A stretch of DNA of 64,000 nt, taken from the NCBI RefSeq assembly GCF_041886205.1, contig NZ_CP169029.1, one strand, 5' to 3'. This DNA is from Escherichia coli. GTDB lineage: Bacteria; Pseudomonadota; Gammaproteobacteria; Enterobacterales; Enterobacteriaceae. The translations under genes were made by a program, and so were the position numbers. How positions within the stretch are numbered: the first letter of the stretch is position 1; the number at the start of each line of letters is the position of its first letter. The notes under the pieces are model-generated. The model saw nothing but the letters and a program-made list of their open reading frames with translations, was not told the origin of the DNA and made no database searches. Of the stretch, positions 51,686 to 62,645 are shown one piece after another.

Positions 51686-54181
51686 ATGTTAACGATTCAA
51701 TTTCTCTGTCCTTTGCCTAACGGTCTACATGCTCGTCCGGCGTGGGAACTTAAAGAGCAGTGCAGCCAGTGGCAAAGCGAAATCACTTTTATTAACCATC
51801 GCCAGAACGCAAAGGCCGATGCCAAAAGCTCGCTGGCGCTGATTGGCACCGGCACCCTATTTAATGACAGTTGCAGCCTGAACATTAGCGGCAGCGATGA
51901 AGAGCAGGCGCGGCGCGTGCTGGAAGAGTATATCCAGGTGCGCTTTATCGACAGCGACAGCGTTCAGCCAACGCAGGCAGAACTGACGGCGCATCCGCTG
52001 CCGCGTTCATTAAGCCGCCTTAACCCGGATTTACTGTACGGCAACGTGCTGGCAAGCGGCGTCGGCGTGGGTACACTGACCCTGTTACAAAGCGACAGCC
52101 TCGACAGTTACCGGGCGATCCCGGCCAGTGCGCAAGACTCTACCCGTCTGGAGCACAGCCTGGCAACGCTTGCCGAGCAACTGAACCAGCAGTTGCGTGA
52201 GCGTGACGGCGAAAGCAAAACTATCCTCAGCGCCCATTTATCGCTGATTCAGGATGATGAGTTCGCGGGCAATATCCGTCGCCTGATGGCAGAACAGCAT
52301 CAGGGGCTGGGGGCGGCGATCATCAGCAATATGGAGCAGGTTTGCGACAAGCTTTCTGCCTCTGCCAGCGATTATCTGCGCGAACGTGTTAGCGACATTC
52401 GCGATATCAGCGAACAGTTGCTGCATATCACCTGGCCGGAACTGAAGCCGCGCAACAAGCTGGTGCTGGAAAAACCGACTATTCTGGTGGCCGAGGATTT
52501 AACCCCAAGCCAGTTTTTGAGCCTCGATTTAAAAAATCTTGCAGGCATGATTCTGGAGAAAACTGGGCGCACCTCGCATACCCTGATTCTGGCCCGTGCC
52601 TCGGCGATCCCGGTACTGAGCGGCCTGCCGCTGGATGCGATTGCCCGTTATGCCGGGCAACCGGCGGTGCTTGACGCCCAGTGCGGCGTGCTGGCGATTA
52701 ACCCGAATGACGCGGTGAGCGGTTATTATCAGGTTGCGCAGACGCTGGCGGATAAACGTCAGCAACAACAGGCGCAGGCCGCCGCGCAGCTGGCCTATTC
52801 CCGTGATAACAAGCGCATTGATATCGCAGCGAATATCGGCACCGCTCTGGAAGCACCAGGCGCGTTTGCCAACGGCGCGGAAGGCGTCGGGCTGTTCCGT
52901 ACCGAAATGCTCTATATGGATCGCGAAAGCGCGCCGGACGAGCAGGAGCAATTTGAAGCCTACCAGCAGGTGCTACTGGCAGCGGGCGACAAGCCGATTA
53001 TCTTCCGCACAATGGACATCGGAGGCGATAAAAGCATTCCTTATCTGAATATTCCCCAGGAAGAGAACCCGTTCCTCGGCTATCGCGCGGTACGTATTTA
53101 CCCGGAATTTGCTGGCCTGTTCCGCACTCAACTGCGGGCCATTTTGCGCGCCGCCAGTTTCGGCAACGCCCAGTTGATGATCCCGATGGTCCACAGCCTC
53201 GATCAGATCTTATGGGTGAAGGGCGAGATCCAAAAAGCGATCGTTGAGCTTAAGCGCGATGGCCTGCGTCATGCAGAGACGATTACTCTGGGTATCATGG
53301 TGGAAGTGCCGTCGGTGTGCTACATCATCGACCACTTCTGCGATGAGGTCGATTTCTTCAGTATCGGTTCTAACGACATGACCCAGTATCTGTATGCGGT
53401 CGATCGTAATAACCCGCGCGTATCGCCGCTATATAACCCGATTACGCCATCGTTCCTGCGCATGTTGCAGCAGATTGTTACCACTGCGCATCAGCGGGGC
53501 AAATGGGTAGGCATTTGCGGTGAACTGGGCGGTGAAAGCCGTTATCTGCCGCTACTGCTTGGGCTGGGCCTGGATGAGCTGAGTATGAGTAGCCCGCGCA
53601 TTCCGGCAGTGAAAAGCCAGCTTCGTCAACTGGATAGCGAGGCGTGTCGGGAACTGGCGCGTCAGGCATGTGAATGCCGCAGTGCGCAGGAAATTGAAGC
53701 GTTACTCACCGCCTTTACGCCGGAAGAAGACGTTCGCCCACTGCTGGCGCTGGAGAATATCTTTGTTGATCAGGATTTTAGCAATAAAGAGCAGGCGATC
53801 CAGTTCCTGTGCGGCAACCTCGGAGTTAACGGGCGTACTGAACATCCGTTTGAGCTGGAAGAAGATGTCTGGCAGCGGGAAGAGATTGTCACTACCGGCG
53901 TTGGTTTTGGCGTGGCGATCCCGCACACCAAATCTCAGTGGATCCGTCATTCCAGTATCAGCATTGCCCGGCTGGTGAAACCGGTTGACTGGCAGTCAGA
54001 GATGGGCGAAGTCGAACTGGTGATCATGCTGACGTTGGGTGCTAACGAAGGGATGAACCATGTGAAAGTCTTCTCGCAGCTGGCGCGTAAACTGGTGAAT
54101 AAACACTTCCGCCAGTCGTTGTTTGCCGCGCAAGATGCACAAAGCATCCTGACGCTGCTGGAAACGGAATTAACCTTCTGA
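51686..54181 (+). CDS. fryA: PTS multiphosphoryl transfer protein FryA (HPr-like, Enzyme I-like and EIIA-like domains)
   Basis: 831 aa; internal region paralogous to PtsI (GLFRTE, GSNDMTQY motifs). Confidence 0.85.
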   Translation: MLTIQFLCPLPNGLHARPAWELKEQCSQWQSEITFINHRQNAKADAKSSLALIGTGTLFNDSCSLNISGSDEEQARRVLEEYIQVRFIDSDSVQPTQAELTAHPLPRSLSRLNPDLLYGNVLASGVGVGTLTLLQSDSLDSYRAIPASAQDSTRLEHSLATLAEQLNQQLRERDGESKTILSAHLSLIQDDEFAGNIRRLMAEQHQGLGAAIISNMEQVCDKLSASASDYLRERVSDIRDISEQLLHITWPELKPRNKLVLEKPTILVAEDLTPSQFLSLDLKNLAGMILEKTGRTSHTLILARASAIPVLSGLPLDAIARYAGQPAVLDAQCGVLAINPNDAVSGYYQVAQTLADKRQQQQAQAAAQLAYSRDNKRIDIAANIGTALEAPGAFANGAEGVGLFRTEMLYMDRESAPDEQEQFEAYQQVLLAAGDKPIIFRTMDIGGDKSIPYLNIPQEENPFLGYRAVRIYPEFAGLFRTQLRAILRAASFGNAQLMIPMVHSLDQILWVKGEIQKAIVELKRDGLRHAETITLGIMVEVPSVCYIIDHFCDEVDFFSIGSNDMTQYLYAVDRNNPRVSPLYNPITPSFLRMLQQIVTTAHQRGKWVGICGELGGESRYLPLLLGLGLDELSMSSPRIPAVKSQLRQLDSEACRELARQACECRSAQEIEALLTAFTPEEDVRPLLALENIFVDQDFSNKEQAIQFLCGNLGVNGRTEHPFELEEDVWQREEIVTTGVGFGVAIPHTKSQWIRHSSISIARLVKPVDWQSEMGEVELVIMLTLGANEGMNHVKVFSQLARKLVNKHFRQSLFAAQDAQSILTLLETELTF

Positions 54182-54183
54182 CG

Positions 54184-55041
54184 TTAGCCCTGAAAACGGG
54201 CGCTGTACTCTCCCGGCGTCAGACCAAACTGACGCCGGAAAACGCGACAAAAATAGTCGCTGTCCGGAAAGCCGCAACGCTGCGCCACTTCATGAATTGA
54301 CAGATGATATTTCTGCAAAATCATCCTCGCCTTCGCCATTCGCACCCAACGCACATACTCGATAAAACGCATCGTTCCATGCTGAGCAAACAGTTTTGAC
54401 AGATGATTGGGCGTGATATTAAAAAACTGTGCCACGCTCTCGCGGGTGAGCGGCTGGGCATAATTATCCTGAACCCAGTTACAAATGCTGTGATAAAGAA
54501 AATCGCCGCGCGGCTGCGAATTACCCGGCGGCATATTCACCACGTTGCGGCAAAGATGCAGCAAACTTAATACCAGCGGCTGAATGATATTCTGCTCCAG
54601 CGGCGAACGGCTAAGATGGGTGAGGGCAGTAAGCATTGCTTCACCTTCGCCGCGTTGCAGGCTGGGAAGTTGGATCTGGCGAGCAGGATGCAACAACGAC
54701 GTGGTGCGGCTATCGTAAAACGATAACCCAAGCCAGGTCGGTGCGAACACCAGACTTAACAGCATCACCGGTTTGTTGTTGATCGGTAAATTAGCCGCGC
54801 GTGCCGGAATAAACAGCATTTCTCCTTCCACCATTCGCTGCTGCTTTGCTTCCAGCAGGTTGCCGTATTCGCCGCGTAGCACGATATCCAGACGGGGAAA
54901 ATCAATACATAAACTGCCCACCGGTAATGAGGCAGGCTGGCTGGCAAACCAGACGCGCCCCAGTAGTTGCGGGTTAAGCACCAGGCCGCTGAACAGATCG
55001 GCGAAAAATTGTTGATCGGCGGGCAAGCCTGGTGCTTTCAT
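54184..55041 (-). CDS. ypdC: AraC-family transcriptional regulator YpdC
   Basis: 285 aa; C-terminal AraC HTH. Confidence 0.8.
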   Translation of the reverse strand: MKAPGLPADQQFFADLFSGLVLNPQLLGRVWFASQPASLPVGSLCIDFPRLDIVLRGEYGNLLEAKQQRMVEGEMLFIPARAANLPINNKPVMLLSLVFAPTWLGLSFYDSRTTSLLHPARQIQLPSLQRGEGEAMLTALTHLSRSPLEQNIIQPLVLSLLHLCRNVVNMPPGNSQPRGDFLYHSICNWVQDNYAQPLTRESVAQFFNITPNHLSKLFAQHGTMRFIEYVRWVRMAKARMILQKYHLSIHEVAQRCGFPDSDYFCRVFRRQFGLTPGEYSARFQG

Positions 55042-55053
55042 GAAAGTTCCCGA

Positions 55054-55788
55054 TTAAAGATGCATTAACTGGCGGAATTCTTTAACTTTGCTGCGGCTGA
55101 CTGGCACTTCAAAATCCAGATCTTTCAGCCGCAGAATATAGGTGTTATTAAACCACGGTTCGATTTCGCGGATTTTGTTCAGATTGACACAAAATGAGCG
55201 ATGGCAGCGGAAAAAATGCGACGGCGGCAGCTTGCTGCAAAACTCGGTAATGTTCATCGGCATTACGTAGGATTCACGCCGCGTATAAACAAAGGTCATT
55301 TTCTCGTGCGCTTCGGCGTAATAGATATCGTTAATTGGCGTGACGATGATTCGCTCATCTTTCACCAGATTAATGGTGTCATTCTCACGCGTTACCGTCG
55401 CGGCAGGCGTACTGCTGGTCTGCTGTTGTTGCCAGGCCGCTTCCAGTTTTTGCAGCATCCCGGTAATGCGTGACTCCTGATACGGTTTGAGAATGTAGTC
55501 AAACGCCTCCAGTTCAAAAGCTTCCACCGCATGTTCTTTCCACGCGGTGATGAACACAATAAACGGTTTATGGGCGAACTGGCTGATGTTTTGCGCCAGC
55601 AACACACCATCCAGCGACGGAATATTGATATCCAGAAAAATGGCGTCGACGCGGTTATGCTGCAAAAACTTCAACACGTCCAGACCGTCGTCAAAGGTGC
55701 CGACAATCTCCATCTGGCTGTGCTCTTTAATTAGCCAGCTCAGTTCCTGTTGTGCCAGGAATTCGTCTTCAACAATGATGACTTTCAC
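55054..55788 (-). CDS. ypdB: LytTR-family response regulator YpdB
   Basis: ORF track 55054..55806 (TTG); GTG at 55788 with GGAGTG SD gives 244 aa; receiver domain with C-terminal LytTR. Confidence 0.8.
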   Translation of the reverse strand: MKVIIVEDEFLAQQELSWLIKEHSQMEIVGTFDDGLDVLKFLQHNRVDAIFLDINIPSLDGVLLAQNISQFAHKPFIVFITAWKEHAVEAFELEAFDYILKPYQESRITGMLQKLEAAWQQQQTSSTPAATVTRENDTINLVKDERIIVTPINDIYYAEAHEKMTFVYTRRESYVMPMNITEFCSKLPPSHFFRCHRSFCVNLNKIREIEPWFNNTYILRLKDLDFEVPVSRSKVKEFRQLMHL

Positions 55789-55802
55789 AATATCACTCCG
55801 GC

Positions 55803-57500
55803 TCAAAGCAATAACGTAGCCTGTGAGGCGACTGGGGTGCGTTGGTTAGGAATGTAAAACGCAATTTCCGTTCCTGGTTCCAGGCGGCGGATATGCAGCC
55901 CCTCGCCATACAATAACTTCACGCGATGATGGACATTCAGCAGGCCAATTTTATTGCCCGGCATTTCATTCGCTTCGACCCGCTCAATCACCTTTGGATC
56001 GATGCCGTGCCCGGTATCTCGCACCGCAATGCGTACCCGATTACCGCACTCTGCAACGCTGATGGTGACAACGCCTTTACCTTTACAAGGCTGAATACCG
56101 TGGACAATGGCGTTCTCCACCAACGGCTGGATCAGCAGGCTGGGAATGCAGCAATTCACCTCTTCATCAATATCATAGATAACCGTCAGCTTGTCGCCAA
56201 AGCGGGCCTGCTCAATGGCAATATAGTCTTTAATTTGATACAGCTCTTTTTTGATATCGATTTGCTCATCGTCTTTTAATTCAATGTTATAGCGCAGATA
56301 ACGCGACAGATTAAAGATCAGCTGGCGAGCGGTATCCGGATTCAGACGGATCGACGATGAAATAGCGTTCAGAGCGTTAAACAGAAAATGGGGATTAATT
56401 TTGCTTTGCAGGGCGCGAAGCTCTGCCTTATTTGCCATTTCACGTAGCTGCTCGGCGCGTGAAACCTCCAGTTGCGTGGAGATGATTTGCGACAGACCGA
56501 CCGCCATTTCCTGTAATGACGAGGTTATCTGATGTGCGTGGCAGTAGTAAATTTTCAGCGTTCCGGTCACGACCCCTTTCTCCCACAATGGGATCACCAG
56601 CATGGAATGAATCTCTGGTGTGCGGTGGGCTTCATCATTGTTTTTAATGATGATTTTTCCGTAATTCATCGCCTGACGGGTAGTCGGGCTAATGAAGTCA
56701 TCGCCATTCTGATAGTTATGTTCACCCACGCCAACATAGGCCAGCACATGATCGGTATTGGTAATCGCCACCGCATCGGCGTGAATGTCATCGCGAATAA
56801 TTTCACAAACTTTGCGTAATGACTCGCTATTGACATGGCGAAACAGAGGTAGCGTTTTGTTGGCGATATCCAGCGCCAGCTTGGCCTGCCGCGCGGCGCT
56901 GGCCTCTTTTTCGCCCTCAACGCTTTGTACCAGCAACACAATAAAGCCGATACAGACGCTGCCGAGGATCATTGGAATGCCGATTTTAGAGACGATATCG
57001 ATCCCCAACGCGGTAGTTGGTGCCCAGACAATCACCAGAATCATGGTCAACGTTTCGCACAACATGCCGCCGAGAATACCGACGCGCCAGCGCTGCGCTT
57101 TGGGGATTTTCAGGTTGATCCAGCCCGATATACAACCCGCCAGAATGCTGGTGATAAAGCAGGGGATCGCCGTCACGCCGCCGATATCAATTAAATAACG
57201 GTGAATACCCGCAATCACGCCGGTAATGATGCCCACCCACGGGCCAAACAGAATCCCGCCTGACATCACCGCGATAATACGAACGTTCACCAGCGAGCCT
57301 TCTACGGGAACGCCGGACCAGGTGCTGAACAGGGCAAACAGCGAGAAAATGGCGGTAACGGCGAGCAGCTCTTTCGGTGAGTGTGCCGACTTGTGCAACA
57401 GTTCGCGAAACAGGCGGATACGGATGAGAAAGAACAGGCAGATAAGCATTAACGCTGCCCGATCGAAGACCGCCAGCAGCATGTTGAATATTTCGTGCAC
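55803..57500 (-). CDS. ypdA: Sensor histidine kinase YpdA (LytS-type: 5TM-Lyt, GAF, HATPase)
   Basis: 565 aa; GTG start per ORF track; partner of ypdB. Confidence 0.82.
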
Positions 57501-57876
57501 GGGTGACTCTGAATAAGGATTAAACCTCTATGATAGGTAACCTGAAGGCTGATGACCAGCAGGCCGTTTTTGAGGAAAAACCACAATTTTAAAAGGGGAT
57601 TGAAAGATAAATGGTGTATTAGCAATGCATCTCTTGATAATGCCCATCTGGTTGGTAAATTTATTGAAATTATAATGTTAATAAAATGAGTGGTTATTTT
57701 CTTGTTGTCGTAGATAAATTTCCTGTTTTTAAAGTGGAGTTCCTCATTTAAAGCCATTGATAAAAATGTTCTAAAACGCTGGACAGACAGAAATTAATCA
57801 GGCTATTTTCAAAACAGCCACCATCGTGGCAGCGTCGCTCGGACGGTCCGGGCGCTAACGTTAATCTGAGGAAATT

Positions 57877-59115
57877 ATGGCTGACACTCGCCCTGAACGT
57901 CGCTTTACGCGCATTGATCGTCTCCCGCCCTACGTTTTTAACATTACCGCTGAACTGAAAATGGCTGCGCGTCGGCGCGGTGAAGATATTATCGATTTCA
58001 GTATGGGTAACCCGGACGGTGCGACTCCGCCGCACATCGTCGAAAAATTATGTACGGTGGCCCAGCGCCCGGACACGCATGGTTACTCCACGTCACGCGG
58101 CATTCCGCGGTTACGTCGCGCCATTTCCCGCTGGTATCAGGAACGCTACGACGTTGAGATCGACCCGGAATCAGAAGCCATCGTCACCATTGGTTCGAAA
58201 GAGGGGCTGGCACACCTGATGCTGGCGACGCTGGATCATGGTGACACGGTGCTGGTGCCGAATCCAAGTTACCCGATCCATATTTATGGCGCGGTGATTG
58301 CCGGGGCGCAGGTACGCTCAGTGCCGCTGGTGGAAGGTGTCGATTTCTTCAACGAACTGGAGCGAGCCATTCGTGAAAGTTATCCGAAACCGAAGATGAT
58401 GATCCTCGGCTTCCCGTCAAACCCAACCGCGCAATGCGTGGAACTGGAGTTCTTCGAAAAAGTAGTGGCGCTGGCGAAACGCTACGATGTGCTGGTGGTC
58501 CATGACCTGGCCTATGCCGATATCGTCTACGATGGCTGGAAAGCGCCGTCAATTATGCAGGTACCGGGTGCACGCGATGTGGCAGTCGAGTTCTTTACGC
58601 TGTCGAAAAGCTACAACATGGCGGGCTGGCGTATCGGCTTTATGGTTGGCAACAAAACGCTGGTCAGCGCCCTGGCTCGTATTAAAAGCTATCACGATTA
58701 CGGCACCTTTACGCCGTTGCAGGTGGCGGCGATTGCGGCGCTGGAGGGCGATCAACAGTGCGTGCGCGACATTGCCGAACAGTACAAACGCCGCCGTGAT
58801 GTATTGGTTAAAGGGCTGCATGAAGCGGGCTGGATGGTTGAAATGCCGAAGGCTTCGATGTATGTCTGGGCGAAAATCCCGGAACCATATGCGGCCATGG
58901 GATCGCTGGAATTTGCCAAGAAGCTCCTTAACGAAGCGAAGGTTTGTGTCTCGCCGGGGATTGGCTTTGGCGACTATGGTGATACGCATGTTCGCTTTGC
59001 ACTGATTGAAAACCGCGACCGTATTCGTCAGGCCATCAGAGGGATTAAAGCGATGTTCCGTGCCGACGGTTTACTACCCGCCAGCAGCAAACATATTCAC
59101 GAAAACGCGGAATAA
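57877..59115 (+). CDS. alaC: Glutamate-pyruvate aminotransferase AlaC (YfdZ)
   Basis: 412 aa; PLP aminotransferase class I motifs ([10 protein letters not shown]). Confidence 0.88.
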   Translation: MADTRPERRFTRIDRLPPYVFNITAELKMAARRRGEDIIDFSMGNPDGATPPHIVEKLCTVAQRPDTHGYSTSRGIPRLRRAISRWYQERYDVEIDPESEAIVTIGSKEGLAHLMLATLDHGDTVLVPNPSYPIHIYGAVIAGAQVRSVPLVEGVDFFNELERAIRESYPKPKMMILGFPSNPTAQCVELEFFEKVVALAKRYDVLVVHDLAYADIVYDGWKAPSIMQVPGARDVAVEFFTLSKSYNMAGWRIGFMVGNKTLVSALARIKSYHDYGTFTPLQVAAIAALEGDQQCVRDIAEQYKRRRDVLVKGLHEAGWMVEMPKASMYVWAKIPEPYAAMGSLEFAKKLLNEAKVCVSPGIGFGDYGDTHVRFALIENRDRIRQAIRGIKAMFRADGLLPASSKHIHENAE

Positions 59116-59133
59116 ACACCGTCGTCAGAAATG

Positions 59134-59163
59134 CAAACAGGAGCCTGATGGCTCCTGTTTTTC
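59134..59163. terminator. Bidirectional intrinsic terminator between alaC and ypdK
   Basis: Hairpin ACAGGAGCC-TGAT-GGCTCCTGT followed by T5. Confidence 0.7.
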
Positions 59164-59179
59164 ATTGCACAGTTTGCTT

Positions 59180-59251
59180 TTAGATCATCAGGGCAAAAGT
59201 ACCGGCCCAAACGATGACCATAAAAGAAATGCCCATAAAGAAATATTTCAC
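59180..59251 (-). CDS. ypdK: Small hydrophobic membrane protein YpdK (23 aa)
   Basis: GTG start with GGAGAG SD 7 nt upstream; peptide (M)KYFFMGISFMVIVWAGTFALMI matches YpdK as I recall it; too short for the ORF track. Confidence 0.5.
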   Translation of the reverse strand: MKYFFMGISFMVIVWAGTFALMI

Positions 59252-59606
59252 TTTACATCTCTCCGCGTAATTACTGTTACGCCTGAATGACTTCATTACA
59301 CCTGATACAGTGAGTTGACACCGGGCAAAGCGACCTTAAAAGCCCTGTATTTTACCGTGGGCATCACCCCAGAATTCTGAGCTAAACTGCTCGAGACGGC
59401 GCTAATGTACGCCTAAAACTGAAACGAGACAAGAGGCATTTTCTTATTTACTTTTAGTAACTTACAAGTGTCTCATATCGGCGACAGTTTAATTTCTGAC
59501 GGTAATAATTAGATATTCAGCGAAGGAAAAAACCTTAAGAAAAAAGCCATAAAAACCATGAGGTTATTATGGCCGATTTGAGGAGGGAAAGAGTAAGAGC
59601 AGTTTG

Positions 59607-60527
59607 TTAAATGTACAACGACGATTCTCCCACCGGGCGCGTTTTAAAGCGACGGTGGATCCAGAGGTACTGCTCCGGTGCGCGCATGATCTCTTTCTCG
59701 ATAATCTTGTTCATATAGGCAGCGGCTTGATTTTCATCTGTCGGGTAGCCTTCCATCTCTGGGGTGATGAACAAACGATATCCGCTGTAATCCGCTTTTC
59801 TTACCATCGTTACGGTCAACATGGCTGCGCCAGAGAGACGGGAGAGAACATAGGTGCCATTGGTTGTGGCGACATTTTCCACCGCAAAGAACGGCGCGAA
59901 GGAGCTGCCTTTACGACCATAATCCTGATCGGGAGCAAACCATACCGCTTCACCTTTCTTCAGTGCACCGACAATGCCGCGCAGATTATTTCTGCCGATC
60001 ATCGCTTTGTTAGAGCGCATGCGCCCACGGGTCTGCACCCATTCCATCAGCTGATTATTATGTGGACGATAGGTAGCCATCATTGGTTGGCACAGTCCCA
60101 TCACGCGGCCGCCCAGTTCCAGCGACATAAAATGGACGCCGACAACCATTACGCCGCGATTTTGCATTTGTGCGCGTTTAAGGTTATCCAACCCTTCAAC
60201 ATCAAACCATTTACGTACGCGACTGTCGGGCCAGAACCATGCCATGCCGGTTTCTACCAGCGCCATGCCGAGTGAACGAAAGTTTTCGGCAATCATCTTC
60301 TCGCGTTCTTCCGCAGAATGCTGCGGGAAACAAAGTTCCAGGTTTTTACGGGCGATAGATTCACGACGTTTCAGGAATGGTCGCGCCATTGCGCCAATAC
60401 GCGTGCCGAGAAAGCAGAGAACAGGATAAGGAAGCTGTACCCAAAGCCAGAGTACACCAAGCCCAAACCATGTGAGCCAGTAGCGAGGATGTAGAAACTC
60501 GCGGGAAAATTTGCATTGTGGAAACAT
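59607..60527 (-). CDS. lpxP: Lipid A biosynthesis palmitoleoyltransferase LpxP (cold-induced)
   Basis: ORF track 59607..60593; ATG at 60527 gives 306 aa (MFPQCKFSREFLHPRYWLTWFG). Confidence 0.85.
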   Translation of the reverse strand: MFPQCKFSREFLHPRYWLTWFGLGVLWLWVQLPYPVLCFLGTRIGAMARPFLKRRESIARKNLELCFPQHSAEEREKMIAENFRSLGMALVETGMAWFWPDSRVRKWFDVEGLDNLKRAQMQNRGVMVVGVHFMSLELGGRVMGLCQPMMATYRPHNNQLMEWVQTRGRMRSNKAMIGRNNLRGIVGALKKGEAVWFAPDQDYGRKGSSFAPFFAVENVATTNGTYVLSRLSGAAMLTVTMVRKADYSGYRLFITPEMEGYPTDENQAAAYMNKIIEKEIMRAPEQYLWIHRRFKTRPVGESSLYI

Positions 60528-60879
60528 AGTTACCTTCTGTAGATACGAATTGTTGTATCGCAGAAGATTCCATGTCGACAGCGGTACACTCAATTGGTTG
60601 GGCCATCATGTACGACAATGGTTCCTGTAAAGAGTGTAAAGACTAGTCAGGACATAACCACGAGGAGCATGAATGCGGTATCTGTACTTTATCACTCGCT
60701 GACTGCTTTCAGCTACTGATTATTAATCGTGCAAAGTAAATATTTTTCCGTACACAACAGTCTTGCATTTAACATGCTGTTTTCATTGATGCTTAGCAAA
60801 AATTGCCAGAGGTTAAGGATTGTCTTACTATTAAAGTGACTGAAGTTACAGGTTTTTTAGCGCGGCAGGAGGTTGAGCT

Positions 60880-61122
60880 ATGATTTATTTATGGATGTTT
60901 CTCGCCCTGTGTATTGTCTGCGTAAGCGGCTACATCGGTCAGGTACTGAACGTGGTATCGGCGGTCTCTTCTTTCTTCGGCATGGTGATCCTCGCTGCAC
61001 TCATTTATTACTTCACCATGTGGTTAACTGGCGGTAATGAACTGGTGACGGGGATATTTATGTTTCTTGCCCCGGCTTGTGGCTTGATGATTCGCTTTAT
61101 GGTGGGGTATGGCAGGCGATAG
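60880..61122 (+). CDS. yfdY: Small inner membrane protein YfdY
   Basis: 80 aa; two hydrophobic segments; synteny. Confidence 0.7.
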   Translation: MIYLWMFLALCIVCVSGYIGQVLNVVSAVSSFFGMVILAALIYYFTMWLTGGNELVTGIFMFLAPACGLMIRFMVGYGRR

Positions 61123-61198
61123 TGGGTCAGGATGGCTCATTTGGGCAGGTGTTCACATCAGCATCAGACATGATTGTTCACCTACCATGTGACAGACG

Positions 61199-61474
61199 CT
61201 ATCGCACAGGATGAATAAAATAATTCGCCTTTGTCGGATAAGTAGGCGTGATTTCTTCTGTGAGGTTTAATGGTGGCGCATCTTCTCTCATCTTAAACAA
61301 AATCGCCTGTGATGGCTGAAGTTTTGTAGAGTGTGTGGTCGTCATCGCTGATGTTTTTTCAGTCTCTTTATAGCTCCTCTCACTTACACCACCAGAAATG
61401 GAAAATGCAAAAACATTGCATGCCATAATAGAGACCAATAAAAATAAGCTGAAAAGTATTAAGTTTACTTTCAT
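61199..61474 (-). CDS. ypdI: Small secreted/lipoprotein-like protein YpdI
   Basis: 91 aa; signal peptide with Cys (SIMAC); synteny. Confidence 0.7.
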   Translation of the reverse strand: MKVNLILFSLFLLVSIMACNVFAFSISGGVSERSYKETEKTSAMTTTHSTKLQPSQAILFKMREDAPPLNLTEEITPTYPTKANYFIHPVR

Positions 61475-61615
61475 AGAAAGTTATCCTGAAAATGGTTCAC
61501 TGAGAACCTACGATGTTATGGCTGTATTTACATATAATTAATCAATATTTACATCGATATAATAAATGACATCTCTTTGTGGTACATAAGAATAGTTCTC
61601 TGCGACAGGAAGCAG

Positions 61616-61633
61616 ATTCCTACAATTGTAAGA
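61616..61633. promoter_or_regulatory. EvgA box-like inverted repeat (TTCCTACA-AT-TGTAAGAC) in the ypdI/yfdX divergent region
   Basis: Near match to the EvgA consensus TTCPyTACA-N2-TGTAPuGAA; yfdX is a known EvgA target. Confidence 0.5.
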
Positions 61634-61769
61634 CTAAAATACTTCTTGCGATAATAACTACAACTGTAAGATAACCCTTTCAAAATGACCGTTGCTCTCT
61701 GATTTCTCATTTCATGCTCACCCAATATGATGGCGGCGTTTTCTAAAACTGTTAAAGAATGAGGTAAGT

Positions 61770-62402
61770 ATGAAACGTTTAATTATGGCTACGATGGTCA
61801 CAGCAATTCTGGCATCTTCAACTGTATGGGCTGCTGATAATGCACCGGTAGCGGCACAACAGCAAACTCAGCAAGTTCAGCAAACCCAGAAAACGGCAGC
61901 AGCAGAGCGTATCTCTGAACAAGGTTTATATGCGATGCGTGACGTGCAGGTAGCGCGCCTGGCTCTGTTTCATGGCGATCCAGAAAAGGCAAAAGAACTG
62001 ACCAATGAAGCTTCCGCTTTGCTGTCAGATGACAGTACCGAATGGGCAAAGTTCGCTAAGCCAGGTAAAAAGACCAATCTCAATGATGACCAATATATTG
62101 TCATTAATGCATCTGTCGGAATTTCTGAGAGTTATGTAGCAACTCCCGAAAAAGAAGCCGCGATAAAAATTGCCAATGAAAAAATGGCGAAAGGGGATAA
62201 AAAGGGCGCAATGGAAGAGCTTCGCCTGGCCGGTGTTGGCGTAATGGAAAACCAATATCTGATGCCACTTAAACAGACTCGTAATGCACTTGCTGATGCG
62301 CAGAAACTGCTTGATAAAAAGCAATACTACGAGGCAAACCTGGCGCTTAAAGGTGCGGAAGATGGAATCATCGTCGATAGCGAAGCACTGTTTGTGAACT
62401 AA
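61770..62402 (+). CDS. yfdX: Periplasmic protein YfdX (EvgA-regulated)
   Basis: 210 aa; signal peptide; Q-rich stretch after signal; synteny. Confidence 0.8.
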   Translation: MKRLIMATMVTAILASSTVWAADNAPVAAQQQTQQVQQTQKTAAAERISEQGLYAMRDVQVARLALFHGDPEKAKELTNEASALLSDDSTEWAKFAKPGKKTNLNDDQYIVINASVGISESYVATPEKEAAIKIANEKMAKGDKKGAMEELRLAGVGVMENQYLMPLKQTRNALADAQKLLDKKQYYEANLALKGAEDGIIVDSEALFVN

Positions 62403-62454
62403 TGCTGACAGGCAGTATATTGAGGTAAAGGATTTAACTCCCTCCAGCCGACAA

Positions 62455-62495
62455 TTTTTTATGACCACAATACGACAGGTTGTGGTCATAAAATT
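62455..62495 (+). terminator. Probable intrinsic terminator after yfdX
   Basis: 10-bp perfect inverted repeat ATGACCACAA...TTGTGGTCAT flanked by T and A tracts. Confidence 0.5.
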
Positions 62496-62645
62496 ATTTG
62501 GCGCTCGCGGTGCTATAAACTCGCATTTTATATTCCTCAAAGTAAACCGCAATAATCCCGTGTCATCACAAATCATTTATTATGTTATGTTTTATGGTAC
62601 GCTTTAAAAAGCGTAATCATACCCTTGCTTGTAAATCACCGGCGC

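Noticed and set aside
58487-59005. 172-aa ORF in an alternative frame inside alaC
   Set aside because: Same-strand out-of-frame ORF within a recognised aminotransferase gene; W/R-rich artefact.
59006-59290. 94-aa plus-strand ORF spanning the alaC 3' end, the terminator and ypdK
   Set aside because: It crosses an intrinsic terminator and is antisense to ypdK; no SD.
60671-60721. 16-codon ORF (MNAVSVLYHSLTAFSY) with GAGGAG-like sequence upstream, in the lpxP/yfdY intergenic region
   Set aside because: SD-to-ATG spacing is too short (about 1-3 nt) and there is no supporting evidence; probably fortuitous.
62025-62576. 183-aa ORF antisense to yfdX
   Set aside because: AT-rich region, no SD, Cys/Phe/Ile-rich nonsense-like translation; yfdX on the plus strand has a signal peptide and a conserved sequence.
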